Shown: positions 44,566-56,084 of the stretch, piece by piece | How the letters are laid out: each line of letters opens with the position of its first letter | Numbering within the stretch: position 1 is the first letter of the stretch | Assembly: GCA_951406725.2 (NCBI GenBank) | Contig: OX597815.1 | Coordinates: 204,538,001-204,602,000 of the forward strand | Direction: 5' to 3' | Length of the DNA stretch: 64,000 nt | Source: Octopus vulgaris | Taxonomy: Eukaryota | The notes under the pieces: model-generated | Database searches by the model: none | What the model was told of the DNA's origin: nothing | What the model saw: the letters and a program-made list of their open reading frames with translations, nothing else | Translations under genes and position numbers: made by a program

Positions 44566-44982
44566 GGATCTTTTCGGTTTGAACGGCAGTTTTTAACATA
44601 ATTTCTAGGTAACTAAAAAATTTTAAACTTCGTATACTGGTAGACTGTGTTTATAAAACATCTTTATCTCTTGGCTTTATTGAGAAAATTCTATAGTTTG
44701 TAAGATATTTGTTGTTTTTTTTCTTCAATTTCTGCAATTTCAACCAATCACTGACGTCTATTGAGGTGAAAACATTATGTGCCGTATGAAAATGCCCCTC
44801 GTTTAAGAAACAGATTGGGTTTATTTACATTTCTGAAGAAAAAAAGATACCCTTCCCCCGACCCCTAACCCTAACCCTAAAACAGATTGAAATGCAATAG
44901 ATTAATACTTAGGGTCATAATTATGGGTGACAATTTCATATGACACCGCTAGAAAAAACTGCCGTTCAAACTGAAAAGATTC
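44566..44982. mobile_element. MITE / non-autonomous DNA transposon with ~29-bp TIRs and 8-bp TSD
   Basis: TIR GGATCTTTTCGGTTTGAACGGCAGTTTTT mirrored at 44954-44982; TSD GCAAAGTT on both sides; internal (CCCTAA)3. Confidence 0.9.
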
Positions 44983-45334
44983 GCAAAGTTTATTCATAGC
45001 AGGGAGTTACGTACAATGTTAATATCTTGCATAAGTTTCCTGTAAAGAAGTAAACTGTGTTCTTGTAGAGATGTGTAGTGCTTTATAGAGATGTTTCTGC
45101 TGTGTTAACAGTAAGTGAATGAATGCGTGAAGGCATTAGTTGAACTTTGTATGTGTAGAAAAGACTTGACAGAAGTGTTTCTAGATAGCATGAAGATAAC
45201 GACATTGAGTTTGGTCTATTCTGCCAGCGTCCGTGGAAGAAGAAGTGTGTGAGAGGCCAGCGTAAACCGCGATAGAGCAAAACAGCATGCCGAGAGTCCT
45301 TTTTGGAAGTGAAGCGAAGAAGTCAAGGAACTCT

Positions 45335-46950
45335 CGTTATTAGCCACTCAGGGCCTAACACAGAGGGGACAGCACATGGTGGGGACAGAAACAAAAAACG
45401 GATGGAAAGGATGAATTAGATAAAATGATAAATGAAAGTAAGCGGTTCGGCCCCACCTCCAAGCGACTTCATTGAACCTGTTAATACAACTTCTTTTTAA
45501 AACACTATTTGCAACAGTTCAACGCATTACTTGTAACAGTTCGAAACACTATTTCAATAGCTAACTTTCATCTTTCCGAAGAATGTCTGTTAAATCTCTT
45601 TAAAAGTTCCAGATAGCTGACCCGTTCTGGTATTGTGCTGGTGTCTATTATTTTCTTGAATCACCACTCAGGGTAAGGGTGGGGAAGCTTGGGGGCTCCT
45701 CTGTGCTTGTGCTTGTCTTTATGTCAGATGGGACATAGAGAAGGTTAGTGTCTGTAGAGAGAGGTTGGGGTATAGTAGATGTGGGTGGGAGTCGGGTGGG
45801 TGTGGAATGAGGGTCATAATTTACAAAGTGTGCTTTTTTCTTTCTCTTTCTTCTTTTTTTCCCAGCCGTTTCCCTTCCGTTCTTTTCCTCGTTCACCTCC
45901 TCTTCCTCGGCGCTGGTACTGGTTTTCGTCGGTGGAAAAGTCGTGGTTTCCTTCCTACTCTCGGGTTTCTCTTTAGTCTTCACGGGTGGCGGAGGGCACA
46001 TTTATAGGATCGCGGGATCCTGCCTTCTACTCTGACCCTGAGTGTCACTTCTTCGACCGTGACGGTCTCGACCATGTATTCAAGGTCTTCCTGGATTATC
46101 ATATCTAGGTTCTGCCCTTGCCAGTTTTCGTGGGGTGTTCTGGTGGCCTGGAGGGCCACTACTTTCTCTTCCGTGCCCAGCAGTATGGCAGCTGCTAGCC
46201 AGGCTACATCAGTTTCTTGGGGTATATCTTCTACTCTAACCCTGGAAGCACGCCTCCCAAGGTATATGGGTAGGAGCACCACTTCATTCGTTTTTAAGGG
46301 TGTTGCTAAGTGCAGCCTAGCAGTAGCTGCCTCCCAGAACTGCACCTTCACCGTTTGAAACTTCCTTCATTTGGCAAGGTAAGAAATCCCTTTCCAAATT
46401 TGTTTTAAAGCCTTTCCGATTTGAGCGGTCGACGTGATTTCAATTTTCCTGGTTGTTGCTGAGTACGTCCTGTAAATAATGTTTTTTTCTTTTAAAAACT
46501 TAATTGGTGGGGGGACATTTTACATCGTTCCCCTCCCTTTTAAGCATTTCTTTGAATCTACTAAACTCGTCCAGACACACGTCTTAGCTCTTCTCTTTCA
46601 CCACCTCTGCATAATTCTTCACCTCAATGCTTCGTCTATTCTCTAACCACCCCTTCCTCAGACGACGTAAAGTCTGAAGAAGAACACAAACTTTCATATT
46701 CCATTACGAAGACACAAACTTACGGCGTTCTCCTACCAAAAAAGGAAAGACGTCGAACAACACCGCTGCAAGACGGCAAAACACGCGTGTTCCACACAAA
46801 GACAGCGTTTCAACAGCAATCAACAAGACAGAGGAAGTCCAGGAAGTCAAGGAACCCGATCGGATCATAGTGGCAGGCACATTGTGTAAGAGACAGTCGG
46901 ATGTAGCAGAGAACACCTGTCCGAGGGAGCTAGTTAACTCAGCCAATCAC
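45335..46950 (-). mobile_element. ORF1-like (gag-like) non-LTR element lacking ORF2
   Basis: Frameshifted VVLLPIYLGRRASRVRVE...TLRVRVEGRIPRSYKC (degenerate zinc-knuckle position) plus basic/acidic tail; 3' end TGTCCCCTCTGTGTTAGGCCCTGAGTGGCTAATAACG. Confidence 0.55.
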
Positions 46951-47114
46951 AGTCTGAGTAAAGCTGTGACCTGAGAGTGTCACCTGAGCCTACCATTTTC
47001 ATTTTGTCTATTGTTACAATTTAGAAACAGATTTACTCAGAGCTAAACTGAGAACTAAAATTAATCACATTGAAATATGAACATCCGGTATCTCATAAAT
47101 TAACATATATATAT

Positions 47115-47497
47115 AGGAGCACTCCGTCGGTTACGACGATGAGGGTCCCAGCTGATACGATCAACGGAACAGCTTGCTCGTGGAATTAACGTGCAAGTGG
47201 CTGAGCATTCCACAGACACGTGTACCCTTAACGTAGTTCTCGATGAGATTCAGCATGACACAGAGAGTGACAAGGCTGGCCATTTGAAATACAGGTACAA
47301 CAGAAACAGGAAGAAAGAGCGAGAGAAAGTTGTGGTGAAAGAGTACAGCAGGGTTCTCCACCAACCCCTGCCGGAGCCGCGTGGAGCTTTAGGTGTTTTC
47401 GCTCAATAAACACTCACAATGCCCGGTCTGGGAATCGAAACCGCGATCCTACGACCGCGAGTCCGCTGCCCTAACCACTGGGCCATTGCGCCTCCAC
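47115..47497 (-). mobile_element. SINE family B
   Basis: Full-length; flanked by ATTAACATATA direct repeats. Confidence 0.9.
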
Positions 47498-47897
47498 ATT
47501 AACATATAAGGACTATATGTCGAATAAAGGAACCATTCATTATTTGTTTTCGTATTCATGTAATTACTGTGAGATAGATAAGTAGAAAAATATTCTCAAT
47601 ATCCAAATAATTGCATTAGAAAATATATTTACGCACTCGCAGAGATATATATTTTATAAGTTTCCGTCTTAAGAGTACATATCCTTTTCTTGTTAGAGAT
47701 AATTTGACCGAATTCGTAGGTGTTTTTTTGTTTTTTGTTGTGTTTTTGTTGCTTCGTTTTTTGGTTATTTCTACTTGTTGCTTGTCAATTATTTTTCTCT
47801 TGCACTTCCTTTTAGTTTTTGGCTTCCTTTACTTTTATTTGGCTATTTATGGATGTATATATTGGCGTCATTTGTAGCCATATATATAGAAGCGTTC

Positions 47898-48139
47898 AAG
47901 GCAGCGAGCTGGCAGAAACGTTAGCGCGCCGGGCGAAATGCTTAGCGGTATTTCGTCTGTCGTTACGTTCTGAGTTCAAATTCCGCCGAGGTCGACTTTG
48001 CCTTTAATCCTTTCAGGGTCGATAAATAAAGTACCAGTTACGCACTGGGGTCGATGTAATCGACTTAAACCCTTTGTCTGTCCTCTCTGTCCTTGTTTGT
48101 CCTCTCTGTGTTTAGCCCCTTGTGGGTAGTAAAGAAATA
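47898..48139 (+). mobile_element. family C SINE with TSD
   Basis: Flanked by ATATATAGAAGCGTTCA direct repeats. Confidence 0.88.
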
Positions 48140-48866
48140 GGCATATATAGAAGCGTTCATTATAGTATTTTTAGAGAGTGGTGGGCAAGCAGAATCGTTA
48201 AAGTGGTATTTAGTTTAGCTCACATCATTCCGATTTCAAATCTCACTTTGGTCAACTTTGCTTTCCATCCTTTCGGAGTTGAGAAAATACAGCACCAGTC
48301 AAGAACTGGAATCGATATAATCAACAAACATTTCTCCTAAAATATTTGACCTTGTTGCTAAGTAGAAATTATTAATTATTCTTCAGTCGTTGTAGGGTGT
48401 TCTCGTGTCTGAAGATTTCAATTTCCTATGCAGATATGCGCACTTAACCATAAACATTGTGTGTGTGTGTGTGTGTGTGTGTGTGAGCTCGGAAGTTATC
48501 AATTTTTTTAGTTTCTTTTTATATATTTTTCTTGCGCCATTTTGTTATTAAACTAGCTGCCATCCTCTGAGGCTAATTAACTTCGTAAAATTTTCGTCCC
48601 TTTAGGGTAAGCTTTAAGATTTTAAAATTTTATGTAGCAAAGTTACATATTAAAAAAAAAAGCAATATGACTCCCGAAATCGAGGTAATAGAAAGCTCTT
48701 TCAACAGCTATTATGAAAATAATTTCTCATTACCACCTACTACAATTAATATGGGTAGATAAACATCGTAAAGCTGATAGATAAGTACCAGTTGAACACA
48801 GGGGTCGATGTTATCGACCTATTCCCTCCCCAAAAATTGCTGCCCTTGTGGAAAAATTTAAAACCA

Positions 48867-48879
48867 TTATTACTATTAC

Positions 48880-48927
<48 letters not shown>

Positions 48928-48938
48928 CATTATTATTA

Positions 48939-49033
<95 letters not shown>

Positions 49034-49035
49034 CA

Positions 49036-49099
<64 letters not shown>

Positions 49100-49104
49100 C
49101 ATCA

Positions 49105-49163
<59 letters not shown>
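48867..49163. repeat. ~300-bp (ATT)n microsatellite abutting an ENT splice acceptor
   Basis: Directly visible; ends ATTATTAG|ATGG. Confidence 0.97.
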
Positions 49164-49164
<1 letters not shown>

Positions 49165-49165
49165 G

Positions 49166-49247
49166 ATGGAACACTGTTCAAATTATCCTGATAATCCAAG
49201 GATTGGCTACTTTAATGCCATGGAATATGTTCATAAATGCGAAATCA
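49166..49247 (+). CDS. SLC29A1-like: ENT exon, TM1 (WNTVQIILIIQGLATLMPWNMFINAKS)
   Basis: Hallmark ENT TM1 motif G..TL.PWN.FI.A; donor GTGAGT. Confidence 0.95.
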
Positions 49248-50700
49248 GTGAGTATTTTATTCTACCACATAACATTACCCAATGTGACGTTGCTTAAACC
49301 TAAGTTTATATATGTCTGGATGTATGTAAGAATGTATGGCGGTGTGGTAAGAAATCCGCTTCCCATTCACATGGTTCCGGGTTCAGTCCCACGGTGTAAC
49401 ACTTTGGGCAAGTGTCTTCCACTATAGCCTCGAGTCGATCAAGGCCTTATGAGTGCGTTTGGTAGACGGAAACTGAAAGAAGCCTGTCGTATGTATGTGT
49501 GTGTGTGTGTGTGTCTTTGTGCCTGTGTTTCTCTCCATCACTACTAGATAACTGGTGCTGATGAGTTTACGTCCCCGTAACTTAGCAGTTCGGCAAGACA
49601 GACCGATAGAATGACTACCAATCTTAAATTAAATTAAGTAATGGAATCGATTCTTTAGAGTAAAATTCTTCAAGGTTGTGTCCCATCATGACTGGAACAA
49701 ATAAAAGATGAAGAATGAAAGATATTACACAAACATACGTTTTTGTTTGCAACGAAATCAAGAATTTCCAATACTAGGAATCGGCGAGTTACTCTGGTGC
49801 TAGAGTTTCGCATCGCCTGTGCTCAATCAGTCAACATTTGAAATAAATGGTTGAATTGACAAAACATCAGTTATTCGATTCTCAGCGGTCAAAATCAATT
49901 ACGTAATAGTTTGGCACAAATCCCTTGTGTATAATGTTACTGCTGAGGGATTTAAGGCCACTGTAGATACTGTGTAGGGGAAATACTTAAGGTTTAGTCC
50001 AATTAGCGATCTCAATACCAAGACTATAATTAACACTAGGAAGTCGCTCCTGTACTTTGGCGATTTTTACATGGTTTAAGAGAAAGATAATTCTTTGATC
50101 AACGAGTTCTTTGAGTAGCTACGATGGAGCAGAAGCATCTAATATCGTAGAACTGTTAATGCCAGACACCCTCAGAAAAGTAACCTCAATGGTGTTATAG
50201 ACTACGTATTTCTAGGACGACATTATGCATTCTTCCATTTGAAGAAGGTATAGACGTGATTTAACTGAGATTTCTCTGTGGGATTTCAGTTGCTATTTCT
50301 AGCTACTGATATACCACAGAGTGACTCTTTCTTTGGCTCGTTTTGTGGCTGACATTGCTGAGATTGTTCTTGCTAGAAAATGGGATATCATAAGACGTCT
50401 ATATAGATATAACAAGAAAGTTAGTCCAGAATGTTAACCTCTACATAAACCAACAAGGTAACTTCTACGTAGACGCACATCCTGCAAGAAACAGCTCCTA
50501 ATTCGTCCTTAAATTACACCTTACCCTCTTAAATAAAATAAAAATGGATGCACTAGATAACATAGTTATAGATAACCGTAATAAGATTAGAAGGTCATGA
50601 TTAGACTGCCTTTAATCATAATTCTGTCTGCTCGATCAGAATTGACAACCATAAAATCTGAAAAAGAAAATTGCTAAATATCCTTTATTTACTTTTCTAG

Positions 50701-50846
50701 TATTTTGAAAACTACAAACTTTCCAGCAATGGTACCGACCAAGAAATCAATGACTACAAGACTAATTTCATGAGTTACATCACAATATGTTCCATGGTTC
50801 CGAGTGTGATATTTTCTGTATTGAATACGTTTATTACTCGCAGCAG
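50701..50846 (+). CDS. SLC29A1-like: ENT exon, extracellular loop 1 and TM2 (YFENYKL...NGT...NFMSYITICSMVPSVIFSVLNTF)
   Basis: YF..YKL and F.SY..I....P motifs, N-glycosylation sequon NGT; TTTTCTAG acceptor, GTAAGA donor. Confidence 0.95.
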
Positions 50847-51769
50847 GTAAGATGTTTAACGCACTTCTATATTCTTAAGAAATTAAATCAGGCAGTTATT
50901 GTATTTGCCTTCTCGTACAAATAAATTCAATGCCAGTGTTTGAAATTAATATAACATTATCATCGTCTCTGTTATTATCTTTATTATAACTATTATTAGA
51001 AGAAAACTAGTATAGGAGGATAATTAATAACTGTTCATCATTCCGAAGATATTTCAGGCTAAGTCGAGAATGGTGTGAGATAACACTGGCTGAAGAATCC
51101 CAAGGTTCGTTTTCAGTCCGTGACTGAATATGTCTATGCCTAAAACTTATTTCGCGCTAGTCGTATTCCCGTAACTCTAAGTATATACTATACGATATTT
51201 GACTCACCATTGCTGAAACTGACAGCACTGTATAACTGATAAATGTTTTGCAGGGTTTTTTGGGGTTTTTTTTTTTTGATAAGCCTTTTCGTGATTTTAT
51301 GTGATAAGTATTTTCATCTTAAGACTTGTGACGAGTCTTTTCATGATATTATGACTTGTGATATTATTGCCGTTATTCATCATCTGTGACTACCTTATCT
51401 TTCGTGAGTATATGTATTGCATATATGCTCATCTAAATTATGAGGTTACATTATGATTTTAGGGAGATTTGGCTGATACTTCTAGCAGGTCAGGAGACCA
51501 TTTAAGGATTGCCTCATTAGCGTATCTTCTCATTCGTCTGTAGAAAGTGAGAATACCGTTGGCAAAGTCCACTCAGTTTCAAGTGTTCGAGCCAGTGTTT
51601 TAGTTTGAAGATATGTTCCTTTCTCCTTCCCACCCGTCTCAGAGGCTTTTAAAACAGTCATGGTCACTACCTTTTTTATTTTGGCTAAAAGATACATATA
51701 TATACATACATACATACATACATACATACATACATACATACATACATACATACATGCATACATACATAC

Positions 51770-52067
51770 ATGATGGCTGCCCCCTCGTTATCGAGTATGG
51801 CCATTGCACAAATCTTAACTGTTATTGGTGCTGTGATCGAATGTGACTTTTTAGCCCAGCTAAAGATCTACAATGTCTTGTACAGAATTGGCAGCTAAAA
51901 CCTTTACCGGTAATAGCCGGCTGTAGTTGTAACTGGGCTTCATGTACCTTTGCATGTCGTTTAAGTCCTCCTGCCGAATTACACTCTCTTCCACATGCCT
52001 GACAGACATGATTAGTATGGTGTGTAACACCACCACCAGTGGCCAGGTTGTCACTCATCTGTCTCGC

Positions 52068-52070
<3 letters not shown>
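51770..52070 (-). mobile_element. RTE-type LINE 3' end encoding two C2H2 zinc fingers, inside (TACA)n
   Basis: CQACGREC...LKRHAKVH and CQFCTRHC...LKSHIRSQH, short 3' UTR ACTCGATAACGAGGGGGCAGCC, microsatellite on both sides. Confidence 0.6.
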
Positions 52071-52098
<28 letters not shown>

Positions 52099-52311
52099 CA
52101 AACACGGAAACATCAAACATGTCAGCAGCTGCTCAAAAATGTCATCAAGGCACTACCTCCCTATGCGACACGACTTTGTCACACAAACAATATACAATGC
52201 CTTTACGATAAAAAGACTGTAATGTGCTAAAAACTGCAGCGAAATGTCCCTCAAGAAGCAGCCTATTTTCTTGAAAAATGATATTGTAGTTCTAGTCAGC
52301 CCCAAATAGAT

Positions 52312-52709
52312 ACTCTTTTACTCTTTTACTTGTTTCAGTCATTTGACTGTGGCCATGCTGGAGCACCGCCTTTAGTCGAGCAACTCGACCCCGGCACTTA
52401 TTCTTTGTAAGCCCAGTACTTATTCTATCGGTCTCTTTTGCCGAACCGCTAAGTGACGGGGACATAAACACACCAGCATCGGTTGTCAAGCAATGCTAGG
52501 GTGACAAACACAAACACACACGCACACACATATATATATACATATATACAACGGGCTTCTTTCAGTTTCCATCTACCAAATCCACTCACAAGGCGTTGGT
52601 CAGCCCGAGGCTATAGTAGAAGACACTTGCCCAAGGTGCCACGCAGTGGGAATGAACCCGGAACCATGTGGTTGGTAAACAAGCTACTTACCACATAGCC
52701 ACTCCTGCG
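52312..52709 (-). mobile_element. SINE family A
   Basis: Full-length reverse-oriented copy. Confidence 0.9.
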
Positions 52710-53341
52710 ATATGAACGATTTTAATCGGGGATCTAATTGCTTAGGGCCAACCTAGGGTTAATTAACTAGAACAACGTCTAACCGTTATGTTTAAGATGC
52801 AACATGGAAAACTTTCATGGACTTCGTTGGCTTTCAGTAATTAGTTTTATTGCCCACCTTACTCATTATTCCCACAGGTGTTTGCTGATACTTTGACTAT
52901 CCTCATTTTATATCTTTTCACTTTACATCTATTCTCCAGATCATCTCCCCACAGATATTTCGATCAAATTTACTTAACAGTAGTTTGTTTTTCTAGCTTT
53001 ATTCTCACTTTCCTAGAGTTACCCTGTACCAATTTTTTCGGCGTCAAAAGTAACACTGTTAGTAGGGCAACTAAAGTGCGATGTACCTGAAGCAAATGAT
53101 GTTAAACTTTAAATACGCGATAGGTCGTATCTGGTTTTCCTTACATAACAGTGTGAAGTAAGATGTGTGAAGAAGAGTGTGAAAGAGAGAGAGAGAGAGA
53201 GAGTAAAGGAGAGAAATGGTGATAACAAAATAAAGGGGAAAAGAGTAAAACAGAAAGTAGAAAATTCTAAAAGAAAGAAAAACAAATTATGTTTGAAAGC
53301 TTAGATTATGGATACATGTGAAGGAATAACAGTTTGAATCT

Positions 53342-53760
53342 CTTTACTCTTTACTCTTTTACTTGTTTCAGTCATTTGACTGCGGCCATGCTGGAGCACC
53401 GCCTTTAGTCGAGCAACTCGACCCCGGGACTTATTATTTTGTAAGCCCAGTACTTATTCTATCGGTCTCTTTGGCCGAACCGCTAAGTGACGGGGACGTA
53501 AACACACCAGCATCGGTTGTCAAGCAATGCTAGGGGGACAAACACAGACACACAAACATAAACACACATACATATATATATATACATACATATATACGAC
53601 AGGCTTCTTTCAGTTTCCGTCTATCAAATCCACTCACAAGGCATTGGTCGGCCCGGGGCTATAGCAGAAGACACTTGCCCAAGGTGCCACGCAGTGGGAC
53701 TGAACCCGGAACCATGTGGTTGGTTAGCAAGCTACTTACCACACAGCCACTTCTGCGCCT
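53342..53760 (-). mobile_element. SINE family A
   Basis: Full-length reverse-oriented copy. Confidence 0.9.
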
Positions 53761-54098
53761 GTAGTAAGAAAAATAAATGTATCGAGTGGATTTCGAGGAA
53801 AGGCGTCTTTATGTGCGTGCGCGTGTATACGTGAGTGTTTACATGTGTGTGTGTGTGTGTATTTGTGCGCATGAGAGCAGGTAAACTTGTATGTGTGTGA
53901 GTGAGTGTGTGCATGCGTGCGTGTGTGTATGTGTGTGCTTGTGTGTGTGCTTGTGCTTGTGTGTGTGTGTATGTGTGTGTGTATGTGTGTGTGTGTTTGT
54001 GTGTGTGCTTGTGCTTGTGTGTGTGTGTGTGTATGTGTGTGTGTGTATGTGTGTGTGTTTGTATGTGTGTTTGTATGTGTGTTTGTGTGTGTGTGTTT

Positions 54099-54145
<47 letters not shown>

Positions 54146-54819
54146 TGTGTGTGTAGAACTTCGGCTTGCTGGTGGTAAAAGTAGTAAGCTCTCCTATCCG
54201 GGTGTCATCCCCAGAAATCGGGGCTGAAAATGAAGTGCAAAAATATGGTATGATATTGCAGGATTTTGGAGAGGATCTGCGACATTTGTCTGGATTGCGG
54301 TCACCAGGTGATGCTGTCATGCGTGTACAAACTGTAATGGACACGAAGAATGTCATTTACGATGTGGTTATGGAAACTTAATATCCTGACATATATTTTC
54401 TATGAAAATGCAGACGTTGTATTTGATTATTGCTGTAAACAGGCCAGTAATTATTGAAAAGACCTTTGACGAAGTATGTCTCATTTATGGCTAACCTGTC
54501 TTAATGCGTGTTTTTTTTGTACAATAATCAATGGGTTTGTAATAGAAGTACCCATGTCTCGTGAATTCGCAGTATTCGGTTTCAACTTATCGAGACGCAT
54601 AGTTGGAATGCGGTGAGTTCGGTTGCACTGATTTTCTTTGAACATACAACTCGAGCTCGATGTCTTCTTCTGTACTCAACGATCTCAAAAGTGGTGTTAG
54701 CAATACATTGATAAGGATTCTGTGAAAATCAGGAGACGTCTTCGTGTAAGGTGGCTTGAAATGAAGTACGATACTTGACAGATCTTCAGTTGTAGCCAAC
54801 GACAGTATATTTCTGAAAA

Positions 54820-55234
54820 AAGGCGGTGAGCGGCAGAATCGTTAGCACACCGGGCGAAATGCTTAACGATATTTCGTCTGCGTTACGTTGTGAGTTCAAA
54901 TTCCGCCGAGGTCGACTTTGCCTTTCATCCTTTCGGGGTCGATAAATTAAGTACCAGTTACGCACTGGGGTCGATGTAATCGACTTAATACCTATGTCTG
55001 TCCTTGTTTGTCCCCTCTGTGTTTAGCCCCTTGTGGGTAATAAAGAAATAGGTATTTCGTCTGCCACTACATTCTGAGTTCAAATTCCACCGCGGTCCAC
55101 TTTGCCTTTCATCCTTTCGGGGTCGATTAACTAAGTACCAGTTACGCACTGGAGTCGATATATTCGACTTTATCCGTTTGTCTGTCCTAGTTTGTCCTCT
55201 CTGTGTTTGGCCCCTTGTGGGTAGTAAAGAAATA
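54820..55234 (+). mobile_element. family C SINE dimer with TSD
   Basis: Two core+tail units, the second starting at GGTATTTCGTC; flanked by AGTATATTTCTGAAA. Confidence 0.88.
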
Positions 55235-56084
55235 AGTATATTTCTGAAATCTGTTGAAGCCTGCTTTCACCCTCCAAGCTGTCGTGTGAGGTAATTTCCT
55301 ATCTTCTGACTTATCATCATTGATGACTTGCGATGATGGACCACATTTTAGTTTGGGACCTCGCCTTTAACCTTGCAAAGCCGGGTGATCCTACAAGGAA
55401 CACTAAGATCCTGACGACACTCCTGTAGAGGTCACAGAACCGCGATAACTTCTCCCCAAACATCAAATCAGAGGAAGACGAATTGGGAGATACTACAAGT
55501 TTCTACATTGTTACGAAAGGCTATGGATTTGTGTAGAGGGAAAAAGATCACAAAATCCGCTTTATGTAATTGTAATAGATACACTCATATCTCACGAATT
55601 CGCTGTATTCAGTTTCAACATACCGAAATGGGTACAATGAGTACGAACTGATTGAGTTTCTCTAGACACACAAATCGAGCTCAAGGTCTTCTTTTGTACG
55701 CAACGATCTCAAAAGTGGTGTCAGCAATACAAGCTAAGGTTTCTGTCGATATCAGCAAATACCTTCTTTAAGTGGCTCACAGCGTTCCAACTGTATATCT
55801 CGGTATGATGTATAGCACCAGGTCAACCTAATCTTCTCAAAGTACTCTGTACCATCTTTAAAAAAGTGTAGAGCATATTAGATACTATAGGGCGAGATAG
55901 ATTATATATGAGAAGACAGGATGATCACGGCCAGAATGTCTTTGCAATAACAATATATGTAACTTATCGAGAAAATTTCTTTTAAAAATTGTATGCTCAA
56001 TTTGAATTTAGCTCCATGTAATCCTGTACACTCGGATATTTGCAGAGACAAATGCACAGTCGTTGGCAAATGAATAGAAAAATA

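Noticed and set aside
48792-49427. 211-aa ORF as a single CDS
   Set aside because: Only 49166-49247 is a real exon; the rest is (ATT)n and SINE sequence
54154-54381. ELRLAGGKS start resembling an SRCR domain exon
   Set aside because: Stops follow quickly, no cysteine pattern, no phase fit with ENT
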